Below, piece by piece: positions 27,766-36,476 of a stretch of DNA of 64,000 nucleotides. Each line of letters opens with the position of its first letter. Position 1 is the first letter of the stretch. This DNA comes from Candidatus Hydrogenedens sp. (GTDB lineage Bacteria; Hydrogenedentota; Hydrogenedentia; Hydrogenedentales; Hydrogenedentaceae): positions 352,001 through 416,000 of the forward strand of contig JBMFRC010000001.1 in the NCBI GenBank assembly GCA_049968235.1, given 5' to 3'. The translations under genes and the position numbers were made by a program. The notes below the pieces were generated by a model, which ran no database searches, was not told the DNA's origin, and saw only the letters and a program-made list of their open reading frames with translations.

Positions 27766-28716
27766 TTAAGAATATATTATATCAATTTGCGGTTCCTGCT
27801 TTGCTATGGCATCAGTAAAACCCCTATATCGCCAATATCGGAATACTCGGCGATACATTCGGAGAAGTAATTTAGAATCTTCTGGAAGTTTTAAGCAAAA
27901 ACGGTGGTAGTAAGGAATAAGCAGGGCATTGATAATTCGTGTAGTATAAGGAAAATAAAGTTTATAATTAACGACGATATGATAGTCATTAGGAAACAAT
28001 CGCAGGTAACAGCCCATTGAATAACCCCGACGGTAATGATATCTGCACATATCCAGATATGAACTTCCTTTCCAAAGCCAACAAAGAGCCTGATTGTCAA
28101 TATGAAGTTTACAACCTACTTGCGAGAGCCTTTTTACCAATTCCACTTCTGCGAATTCCGGGAAATAAAATGATTTGTTAAATGTTCCACTTTGAAGAAT
28201 AAGGTCACGAGGGATACTCATGTTATAGAGAGAGAAATGGGAAGGAGTTATTTGTGTAATTTCCTCCATTGAAGGTGGTTCATCCTCTGGCAAGAACCAG
28301 GGTGTTATGCTTTTTGAAGAGAGTCGCGGATGCAAAAGTAACGCGCCTCCGATACAGGCTTTCCCCTCATATGCGTATTGGAGCTGGACATGCCTTTGGA
28401 TCCAACTATTACTGGGCAATACCTCCGGTTGACTGCACAATACCCACTTTCCTTTCGCCTCGTGCAATGCTAAGTCCCATGCTTGTATCATTGACTCTCC
28501 CCCATGTGGAATATAACGAACAATCAACGGAGACCCTTTTGACAAAGAAGCAACTGTCTTTCGCGTTTCTTCTGAGGAATTCGTTTCAACAATAATCCAC
28601 TCAAATTGTGCTAAAGGATAATCCTGATGTTCCAGATGAAAAAACCATGGGGATAAACACCACGACAAATTATTTCCTACTAACAGCACGCTTGCATGGA
28701 TTTCATTCGTTGACAT
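27766..28716 (-). CDS. GT-A fold (GT2-like) glycosyltransferase homolog lacking DXD and other acidic motifs
   Basis: ASVLLVGNN..FEWIIVETNSSEE..VRYIPHGGESMIQAWDLALHEAKGKWVLCSQPEVLP follows the GT2 N-terminal pattern (IIPTYN..EIIVVDDGSTD..xRYIxxxNxGxxxARNxGxxxAxGEYIxFLDxDD). The DD and DXD positions are ET and SQPE. 25 nt upstream of the SbcF-like gene. Confidence 0.4.
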   Translation of the reverse strand: MSTNEIHASVLLVGNNLSWCLSPWFFHLEHQDYPLAQFEWIIVETNSSEETRKTVASLSKGSPLIVRYIPHGGESMIQAWDLALHEAKGKWVLCSQPEVLPSNSWIQRHVQLQYAYEGKACIGGALLLHPRLSSKSITPWFLPEDEPPSMEEITQITPSHFSLYNMSIPRDLILQSGTFNKSFYFPEFAEVELVKRLSQVGCKLHIDNQALCWLWKGSSYLDMCRYHYRRGYSMGCYLRLFPNDYHIVVNYKLYFPYTTRIINALLIPYYHRFCLKLPEDSKLLLRMYRRVFRYWRYRGFTDAIAKQEPQIDIIYS

Positions 28717-28825
28717 TCCGATACTTTCTTCCCTTTTTGTTATTATAAAATATTAACATGATAATATACTGAAAAGGGAATTTTTATTTCTATATATAGT
28801 TTTCCAGAGATAAGGCTCATCATAT

Positions 28826-31108
28826 ATGTCGCAAATAGCAAGTAAGGTTTCGGAGTTCCGACGCTTCCCTTTTTGGGGAACATTACTCGGGGGTATTTTC
28901 CTGTTACTTTTGATACGTATTTATTGGGACCCTATGCTGGCAGCCAGTTTAGGTAAAAGCGATAAAGAAGATATATGGGCAAACAAACAATATTCCGTTT
29001 GGGGTCCTATATGGAAATATGGGTTTGACCGTATCGGGAAGGGAGAAATTCCGCACTGGAATCCGTATCAACTTTGTGGACAACCCTACCTTGTGGACAT
29101 ACGTACATCTTTGTTTCAACCCTTGCATATACTATTTTGGCGAATGGACTTTGCACATGCCTATCAATGGTATATTTTCCTTTCCATGTCCCTTTTAGGT
29201 ATCGGTTTTTTAATATGGGGTAGAATTTTAGAGATTCCTTATCCTGCTTTAATACCCGGACTTGTATCTGTGGTATTTTCGGGACCTGGAATATGTGTTC
29301 AAATGTCGTTACCTTTGTTAAGTGGTTCTGTGTGGCTAATTTTTCTACTAAGTGGTATGGTATATTTCTTTGAAAACCATACACCACGCAGTTTTCTCAT
29401 CTTATTGTTTATATGGACCGCATTGATACTATCTGGAAGTATTGAATGCATATTTGCAGGTCTCCTTATGCTCATCCTTTTCCCTTTTATCTTTCGCAGT
29501 TTCCCGACACTTTCCATAGAAAGGAAATCTTTATCGGTAATTTTCAAAATTATAGTTGTTTTGATACTGGGAATAATGGTAAGTGCATTTGCATGGTTTC
29601 CTTTTATATCATGGCAGATATATACAGATGTACACTGGAGCCAATTTCTTAGTTTTCCTTTATCGGCTCATTTTCCCGAAACATTCTCTCTCGCTTTTTC
29701 TCAAATCTTTCTCCCTATATGGGCATGGGACCTTCCAAAATTACCCGTTTTATATCCCGGATTAATATGTTTCGTATTTATTTTTCCCGCATTTTTTGAC
29801 CGTGAACTTCGTTCTATCGTATGGTTTCATGGGCTAATCTTGTTATTTTTCTTCCTTCTATTTTTTATAAACCTTAACCTGGCACGAATACTTCAACAGG
29901 GAATGTTAATTCTTGTTGCAATTTCTTTCTCAACATTGGCAGGGATAGGCTTTCACCGATTGCTATTAAAAGGTCGGGATTTAAGTTCTCCATATGTATG
30001 GGTTTCGGGTATCTTTGTTTTTTTATTGCTATTAGCCCTCATTTTAATCGCTAATCCATGGATAAAGGGTGTATCCATTTTATTACTCTTTCTCCTTATC
30101 CCTGCAACAATCATCCGTATACCCAAAATAAATTCTATCCTTTGCATCTTAATCGCTCTGTTAAGTTTCATCGAATTGTATTATTTACTTCGTCCTTTTC
30201 TACCTGAAAGTTATATCCCCGTTATTGAAAAAAAAGATGTTTATTCCGAATTCGTCAGACAGCTCCGCTATCAAACAGGCACAGGAAGAGGTCTGATTGT
30301 CCCGGAATCGAACTCAATACTCTGGTCGGAAAACCTCGGGATGTATTATCACTGGCAATTGGTGAATGGAACAGAACTACCCACAGATAAATATGCACAA
30401 TTATGGATGAAATCCCTTTCAAATCAAACACAGGAAAAAACAGAACTATTAACAAATCCGTTAACAACAATCAGTGGTGTTCAGTGGGCATTTACTACAA
30501 ATATGTCAATAGATAACGATAAGGGGAAAAATTTAAAAACCTGGCGAAAAATGGAGCAAATCTACTTTGTTGATATTTATGAAAATACCCAACCTATACC
30601 GCGATGTTTCTGGGTACCCCACTACCGAAAAGTCTCTTCTATGGAAGAGGTCTTAAATATTTTGACACATAGTAACTTCTCTCCATTTAAAGAATGCGTG
30701 ATACAGTCAGATGTTCCGATTTCCTACGACAAAAAAACTGCTGATATACTTCCCTTAACACCGGAACAGGATGCAGATTCTTCCGCAAAGGTAGTAACTA
30801 CCAATATCCAGGAGGAAAACTCTGAATATATCTCTATACAGATAAAAGCACCTAAGGAAGGTTTCTTAGTGCTTTTAGACACATACAACCCGGGCTGGAA
30901 AGCATTTGTCGATGGAGAACTTACTGAAATTTTTAGAACAAACGGTATATTTAGAGGTGTTCCCATACCGGGAGGGGTACATCAGGTTGTATTCAAATAT
31001 ACAAGCCCTGGCTGGGACGCAGGGAGAATAATTACATTCGTGGCTATTCTTTTAACTCTATCAACACTACTCATCGAAAAAGTTTTCAATAAAAGCCAAA
31101 CCGCATAA
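28826..31108 (+). CDS. YfhO-family polytopic membrane protein (GT-C-type glycosyltransferase-like)
   Basis: 760 aa with many TM helices. The N-terminal loop IPHWNPYQLCGQPYLVDIRTSLFQP resembles the YfhO hallmark (IPLWNPY..G.P..AN.Q.A.FYP). C-terminal soluble domain. Confidence 0.6.
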   Translation: MSQIASKVSEFRRFPFWGTLLGGIFLLLLIRIYWDPMLAASLGKSDKEDIWANKQYSVWGPIWKYGFDRIGKGEIPHWNPYQLCGQPYLVDIRTSLFQPLHILFWRMDFAHAYQWYIFLSMSLLGIGFLIWGRILEIPYPALIPGLVSVVFSGPGICVQMSLPLLSGSVWLIFLLSGMVYFFENHTPRSFLILLFIWTALILSGSIECIFAGLLMLILFPFIFRSFPTLSIERKSLSVIFKIIVVLILGIMVSAFAWFPFISWQIYTDVHWSQFLSFPLSAHFPETFSLAFSQIFLPIWAWDLPKLPVLYPGLICFVFIFPAFFDRELRSIVWFHGLILLFFFLLFFINLNLARILQQGMLILVAISFSTLAGIGFHRLLLKGRDLSSPYVWVSGIFVFLLLLALILIANPWIKGVSILLLFLLIPATIIRIPKINSILCILIALLSFIELYYLLRPFLPESYIPVIEKKDVYSEFVRQLRYQTGTGRGLIVPESNSILWSENLGMYYHWQLVNGTELPTDKYAQLWMKSLSNQTQEKTELLTNPLTTISGVQWAFTTNMSIDNDKGKNLKTWRKMEQIYFVDIYENTQPIPRCFWVPHYRKVSSMEEVLNILTHSNFSPFKECVIQSDVPISYDKKTADILPLTPEQDADSSAKVVTTNIQEENSEYISIQIKAPKEGFLVLLDTYNPGWKAFVDGELTEIFRTNGIFRGVPIPGGVHQVVFKYTSPGWDAGRIITFVAILLTLSTLLIEKVFNKSQTA

Positions 31109-31513
31109 TGTTTTAATACCCATCATTTGAGCATTAACATCCTTTGTAAATAGCGAAAAGTTTCTGTTTAAATGAACAAATGAGAATGAGTGCGTAGAAA
31201 AAACAGCACAGACACAGCGCTGTATTGAGTACATGTATAACCCTACCCATGCAGGAGTAATTTATAAATTGCTTCTACAACCTATAGAATAAGCAGAATC
31301 TCTGTGTATAATAAAAATATTCTATCGACCTATTGGAACTTGCTTTGCCAGACCCTATTCCATCGCTTTATCTATCTCCATTATTCCATTTGTTCCTTTT
31401 TAGAATACGAACACTAAATTTGTTTATTTGGAAAATAATCTGGAAATATGTAATTATAACTATTATTTCATATCTTGTTTCTAACTTTATCTTGATTTTG
31501 CGGAGTTTTTCCT

Positions 31514-32491
31514 ATGCGTATACCTGATTATGTTTATGGTAGTATTGCACCAACTTTTACCGTTTTCAAGGAAGATGGTTCCCTTGACCCTGAGGGTCAA
31601 AAGCGTCTCCTTGAATATATGATTGAAAAAGGTTCCATATCCGCATTTTTCATTCGTTCGGGTATGGGACAGATGTATACCTTTTCTTTTGAAGAAGTAA
31701 AACAATTGGCAGAGATTGCCTGCAAAGTGGTGAAAGAGCATTCTGCGGTACTTATCGGATGTAGCGGTATCTGGGACCGTAACTATGACCACCGTCCTAA
31801 TCGACAGGAATACATTCAACAGGCAATCGAATTAAGTCGTTTTGCACAAGATATAGGTGCGGATGGTGCTGTATTAACTATCCCTGAGGCTCTGGTGCCC
31901 GAAAATAATGAGTCGCTTGAAGATTTAATATATCGTTATTTTGAAACGGTCTGTTCCGCAGTGAAAATACCCGTGTTATTCTATCAACCCCCCGGCACAA
32001 GACCCGAATATTGTTTAACACCGGAATTATTGAAAAAACTTGCAAAAATAGACAATCTTGTAGCCGGAAAAGTATCCATTGCTGATGGCGGTTATTTGTT
32101 CGATTTAGTCCGTGCCGTTCGTAATGAAAATTTTTCTTTAATTGTCGGAAATGAGACTGTTTTTTATGCAGGGCTTATGTTAGGTTGTCGCGCCTGTATT
32201 GGTCAGGGAACCAGTCTAAACCCTCAAATTATCTATGCTATGGTTAAACGGTATGAAACAGCAGATATAGAGGGGTGTATGCAGGCTCAAGAGGATATAA
32301 ATATACTTGTGAGAAAATGTCCGAATGCGGTAGAATTTTTCAAACGTTATATTACGGAACAGGGTTATCCTGTAAATGAAAGTTCTCGAACGATTGAAAA
32401 CAATCCCTATTTTGAAAAACGTGAAAGGTTATCCGTTCCGGAATATGAAGCATTCAAGCAGATTTATGAAAGTATCCTTGCAAAATATTAA
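31514..32491 (+). CDS. Dihydrodipicolinate synthase / N-acetylneuraminate lyase family (DapA-like class I aldolase)
   Basis: 325 aa. TIM-barrel aldolase pattern with Schiff-base lysine context LVAGKVSIADGGY and N-terminal ...PTFTVFKEDGSLD. Confidence 0.7.
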   Translation: MRIPDYVYGSIAPTFTVFKEDGSLDPEGQKRLLEYMIEKGSISAFFIRSGMGQMYTFSFEEVKQLAEIACKVVKEHSAVLIGCSGIWDRNYDHRPNRQEYIQQAIELSRFAQDIGADGAVLTIPEALVPENNESLEDLIYRYFETVCSAVKIPVLFYQPPGTRPEYCLTPELLKKLAKIDNLVAGKVSIADGGYLFDLVRAVRNENFSLIVGNETVFYAGLMLGCRACIGQGTSLNPQIIYAMVKRYETADIEGCMQAQEDINILVRKCPNAVEFFKRYITEQGYPVNESSRTIENNPYFEKRERLSVPEYEAFKQIYESILAKY

Positions 32492-32516
32492 AGCGAATTT
32501 TATTTGAGGAATACAC

Positions 32517-33404
32517 ATGTTAACAGATAATATTCTCGATTTAATTGGTAATACTCCCCTTATTCAGTTAAAAGGTGAGCGTATTTTTGCAAAGGCAGAA
32601 TTTTTAAATCCCGGGGGAAGTATCAAGGACCGTGTAGCTTTATCTATGCTGGAAGGGGCAGAACGCGATGGAAGACTAAAACCCGGATGTGTCATTGTTG
32701 AGCCGACTTCCGGAAATACAGGAATCGGCATTACTTTAGTGGGTAGATTGAAGGGGTATCGTGTTTGTATTGTTATGCCCGAAAATATGAGTGCAGAACG
32801 GAAAAAATTAATTAAGGCACTTGGAGGAGAACTTATCCTGACCCCGGCGGAGCAAAGTATTATGGGAGCGGTCAATAAAGTCAAGGAAATACAGGCAAAT
32901 GACCCGAATGTTTTTGTCCCTCAGCAATTTGAGAATCCGGACAATCCCCGTGTCCACTACGAAGAAACTGCTCGTGAACTCTGGCGACAAATGGGCGGGA
33001 ATATTGATTGTTTCGTAGCAGGTGTGGGCAGTGGTGGAACCTTACAAGGAGTAGGCAAATTTTTGAAGGAACATAAACCCAATGTTCGCATTGTTGCCGT
33101 AGAACCCAAAAATGTTTCTGCTTTATTGGGACATGAGCCGGGGTTACATCAAATTCAGGGGATTGGTGATGGTTTTATTCCGCCGATACTGGATGTGTCT
33201 ATGGTAGATGAAGTAGTGGAGGTAACCGATGAAGATGCTATCGAGACAACACGCTCTTTAGGGCGTGATTATGGACTTTTAGTTGGGATTTCTTCCGGGG
33301 CCAATGTTTGGGCTGCTCGTGTTATGGCACAAAAAATTTCCGGCACTATTGCCACAGTGCTACCTGATAGAGCGGAACGATATTTCAGTACTTCGCTTAT
33401 GTAA
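32517..33404 (+). CDS. cysK: Cysteine synthase (O-acetylserine sulfhydrylase), PLP-dependent
   Basis: IGNTPLIQL...NPGGSIKDRVALSM (PLP-lysine motif), GNTGIGI, and the glycine-rich loop GVGSGGTLQG. Confidence 0.85.
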   Translation: MLTDNILDLIGNTPLIQLKGERIFAKAEFLNPGGSIKDRVALSMLEGAERDGRLKPGCVIVEPTSGNTGIGITLVGRLKGYRVCIVMPENMSAERKKLIKALGGELILTPAEQSIMGAVNKVKEIQANDPNVFVPQQFENPDNPRVHYEETARELWRQMGGNIDCFVAGVGSGGTLQGVGKFLKEHKPNVRIVAVEPKNVSALLGHEPGLHQIQGIGDGFIPPILDVSMVDEVVEVTDEDAIETTRSLGRDYGLLVGISSGANVWAARVMAQKISGTIATVLPDRAERYFSTSLM

Positions 33405-33405
33405 T

Positions 33406-34158
33406 TTAGGTATTCCACTGAAACTGTTCTCCTAAATATACTTTTCGAACGCGCTCATCAGCAGATACCTCTTCAGGGGTTCCGGTGCATATAACTTGCC
33501 CTTCGCTAATGATATAGGCACGGTCTGTTATCGATAAGGTATCCCGCACATTATGGTCGGTAATCAAAATACCGATACCTCGCTCTTTCAATTCCTTCAC
33601 CATAATTTGTAATTCGCTAATAGCAATTGGGTCTATTCCCGCAAAGGGCTCGTCTAAAAGAAATATTTTAGGCTCTGTAATTAATGCGCGAGCAATTTCT
33701 GTTTTTCTACGCTCTCCACCTGAAAGGGTATAGGCATATTGGTTTGATAAATGTTCTATATTCATCTCTTTCAGAAGTTGGTGAGCTTTCTCTTTATGTT
33801 CTGCACGACTACCGGGTAAAAATTCCAATATTGCTAATAGATTTTGTTCCACAGTTAAATTACGGAATACAGATGGTTCTTGAGCCAGATATGCAATCCC
33901 TGCACGGGCTCTACGATACATCGGGAAACGGGTAATATCCTGCCCCATAAAAAATACCTTTCCATCATCCGGCTTAAATAGCCCCACTACCATGTTAAAT
34001 GTTGTTGTTTTTCCAGCACCATTGGGTCCCAATAATCCTACTATCTCACCTTTATTTAAACATAGTGAAACATTGCGGACAACTACGCGTTTCCGAAATG
34101 ATTTGACTAACCCTTGAGTTTCCAATAACTTTTCAGAAGACATATACCTCTCCCTCAT
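33406..34158 (-). CDS. lptB: LPS export ABC transporter ATP-binding protein LptB
   Basis: Walker [10 protein letters not shown], signature [15 protein letters not shown], Walker [14 protein letters not shown]-loop ITDHN. Downstream of lptC and lptA homologs. Confidence 0.85.
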   Translation of the reverse strand: MRERYMSSEKLLETQGLVKSFRKRVVVRNVSLCLNKGEIVGLLGPNGAGKTTTFNMVVGLFKPDDGKVFFMGQDITRFPMYRRARAGIAYLAQEPSVFRNLTVEQNLLAILEFLPGSRAEHKEKAHQLLKEMNIEHLSNQYAYTLSGGERRKTEIARALITEPKIFLLDEPFAGIDPIAISELQIMVKELKERGIGILITDHNVRDTLSITDRAYIISEGQVICTGTPEEVSADERVRKVYLGEQFQWNT

Positions 34159-35060
34159 AGAGGTTTTAGCACATCAGGGAAGGCACATTGAAGCAGTAAC
34201 CGGTTTAGTCGCACCTGTTCTTCTGCTGTTAATGTTCCCTTATTTAAGAACTCTTTTGCCGTTTCCGGTAAAGTTGTCTTTGCCCATGCTTCCTTATTAT
34301 AGAAATCCGGTTTCCGTAATAATCTATTTATCTGTTTGACCAAATCCTGTTTTCTCTTTAGAATCAAATCATTAGGAGTGGACAAAAATTGACTTCTCGC
34401 ATCCCCATCAAATTTACTTAACAAGTATTTGCCGGGAGTCATTTCGCTGGATTGCCCCTGTCTTTTTAATTCTGCAATAAAACCATTCCAATCTATAACA
34501 TCAGTTTCCGTAAGAAGAGACAACCCTGTCTCTATACCACCTTCAGAACCAACTCCTCCCTGTAGCGGTATCATATCCGCTTGTAGATTTTCGATGTCAA
34601 TCGTATTGTTCTTAAAATCCAGAACAATTTTGGAACCTTTTAATCCCTGTGCTTTGGGACTATCTAACATAGGATTCCCTGTGAATTCTACCATTTCCTT
34701 TTTAAAGTCCCAGACTGCTTTCTCTGCTGTTAATTTACCTTCAGGATGTTCAAGATATACCTTGCCTTCCATACGAATCAGTACCGGTGAATTTCGACCT
34801 TCTTCCCATTCAAAAGTCATTCTATCCGCTTTGATAGGCATATTAGGGGTATTGGGTTCTTGAGATAGTAAAACGATACTTACACCTCCGCTCATCTCAC
34901 GTATACTCATTCCTTGATTTAGTGTCCCTTTCAATTTCCCAACTTTCTCAATTTTCATGGAGGAATATTTACCTAAACTTATATTCTCCTGAGCATATAC
35001 TTTTACATATATAGCGATAAACAATAATAAGATGAATAATACAGGCATTAGTTTTTTCAT
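34155..35060 (-). CDS. lptA: LptA-like (OstA N-terminal beta-jellyroll) periplasmic protein with ~120-aa C-terminal extension
   Basis: Signal peptide. Position between the lptC-like and lptB genes with overlapping junctions. Repetitive beta-strand pattern for the first ~180 aa, then an extra helical tail. Confidence 0.5.
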   Translation of the reverse strand: MKKLMPVLFILLLFIAIYVKVYAQENISLGKYSSMKIEKVGKLKGTLNQGMSIREMSGGVSIVLLSQEPNTPNMPIKADRMTFEWEEGRNSPVLIRMEGKVYLEHPEGKLTAEKAVWDFKKEMVEFTGNPMLDSPKAQGLKGSKIVLDFKNNTIDIENLQADMIPLQGGVGSEGGIETGLSLLTETDVIDWNGFIAELKRQGQSSEMTPGKYLLSKFDGDARSQFLSTPNDLILKRKQDLVKQINRLLRKPDFYNKEAWAKTTLPETAKEFLNKGTLTAEEQVRLNRLLLQCAFPDVLKPL

Positions 35061-35641
35061 GTTGTATTCCTCAATATCAACGGGACCTGTCCGGATACTT
35101 CTTCCAGTTCAAACTCTTTAGTGTCAGGATAAATAATTAAATTTTCCGCATCCAGATGTAAATCTGTGCCCTGCACTGCAATTTTCCCATGTGTCCAGAT
35201 GCGGGCAGGTTCTGTTTCTGTTCGATTACTCCATTCAATCCCATCCGTATTAAATAAAATATTATCCATTTGAGCCTCTACATTTCCCACAAGAGAGGCT
35301 TTATTCATTTTTTCAAAAACTCCTTCTCTTGCAGAAATTTTGATATGTTCTTTACCGGATTGAATATCATAAATGACTGCATGTACATCTTCAACTTTCC
35401 ATGTATTTTCATCAATGACAGCAAACTTTTCCGCATGCAACCATAAGGTAGGTTTGCGTGCTTCACCTATGGTAGGACGTGGGTCATGATGATACAAATC
35501 CACAGACGAGACATTCATATCATCTATGGATTGCTTTTGAGGAGGAGTTGTCTCCGCAGTAGGTAGGGTTGTAGAGTTTTTTTTGCCACAAGAAAATAGT
35601 AGAAGTGTGCAAATTGTAAATACCGTCATCCATCTCATCAC
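35057..35641 (-). CDS. lptC: LptC-like membrane-anchored protein
   Basis: 194 aa. N-terminal anchor MMRWMTVFTICTLLLFSCG. Size and position immediately upstream of lptA-lptB. Overlaps the coaX stop. Confidence 0.45.
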   Translation of the reverse strand: MMRWMTVFTICTLLLFSCGKKNSTTLPTAETTPPQKQSIDDMNVSSVDLYHHDPRPTIGEARKPTLWLHAEKFAVIDENTWKVEDVHAVIYDIQSGKEHIKISAREGVFEKMNKASLVGNVEAQMDNILFNTDGIEWSNRTETEPARIWTHGKIAVQGTDLHLDAENLIIYPDTKEFELEEVSGQVPLILRNTT

Positions 35642-36414
35642 GCAGTGCCTCGGGTATTTTTTTCATAAATAATCTTTAACCCTTTTAATGTCAACAAGGG
35701 GTCAACCACATCAATATTTTTTGCCAGTTGGGCAATGGTTTCAGCAAGTCCACCTGTTGCAAGAACACGGGCATGAGTTCCCATCTCCAGACGTATCCGT
35801 TCAATCAATCCATTTACCAAATCCGCATATCCATAGGTAAGACCTGAACGGATATTGTTTACTGTATCCCGACCTATAACAGCGGGAGGGACACTAATCT
35901 CTACTCGTGGTAACTTAGCACAGTGTTCAAATAAAGCATCTGCAGATAATTGAATGCCGGGGACAATTACTCCACCTAACCATTCCGATTTGGCAGTTAC
36001 GACATCAAAGGTTGTAGCTGTGCCGAAATCTACGATAATTAAGGGTCCTCCATATTCTTCGACCCCTGCTACAGCATTTACAATGCGGTCAGCACCTACC
36101 TCTTTCGGGTTATCACATTGGAGAACAATACCTGTGCGTATCCCCGGCTCAACCATTACAGGTTCAAAACCAAAGGCTCGTTCACATAGATGATATAAAG
36201 CGGGATTGATATCCGGAACCACACTGGAAATACAACATCCCCGAATCTGCGAAGGCTTAATATTTGCAGAATAAAATAACATTGTAATCAACAAATAAAA
36301 CTCGTCCCCAGTTCGATAATTAGATGTTACGACCCTCCAATGATTTATCAACTTGTCCTTATGATAAATACCCAGCACAATATTGGAATTTCCAACATCA
36401 ATAACCAATAACAT
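35638..36414 (-). CDS. coaX: Type III pantothenate kinase
   Basis: MLLVIDVGNSNIVLGIY... (DxGN[TS] motif), the central GTATTFDVV motif and overall length of 258 aa. Confidence 0.85.
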   Translation of the reverse strand: MLLVIDVGNSNIVLGIYHKDKLINHWRVVTSNYRTGDEFYLLITMLFYSANIKPSQIRGCCISSVVPDINPALYHLCERAFGFEPVMVEPGIRTGIVLQCDNPKEVGADRIVNAVAGVEEYGGPLIIVDFGTATTFDVVTAKSEWLGGVIVPGIQLSADALFEHCAKLPRVEISVPPAVIGRDTVNNIRSGLTYGYADLVNGLIERIRLEMGTHARVLATGGLAETIAQLAKNIDVVDPLLTLKGLKIIYEKNTRGTA

Positions 36415-36476
36415 AGTTCTACCTTCCTACCCATCGGGCTTTAAATAATGGGAAAGTATCTACCTTTTTTATTGTA

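Noticed and set aside
31109-31513. 400-bp leader upstream of the DapA-family gene, checked for riboswitch or tRNA
   Set aside because: Only a 10-nt palindrome (ACAGCGCTGT) and AT-rich promoter-like hexamers. No conserved riboswitch core or tRNA-like arms recognised by eye.
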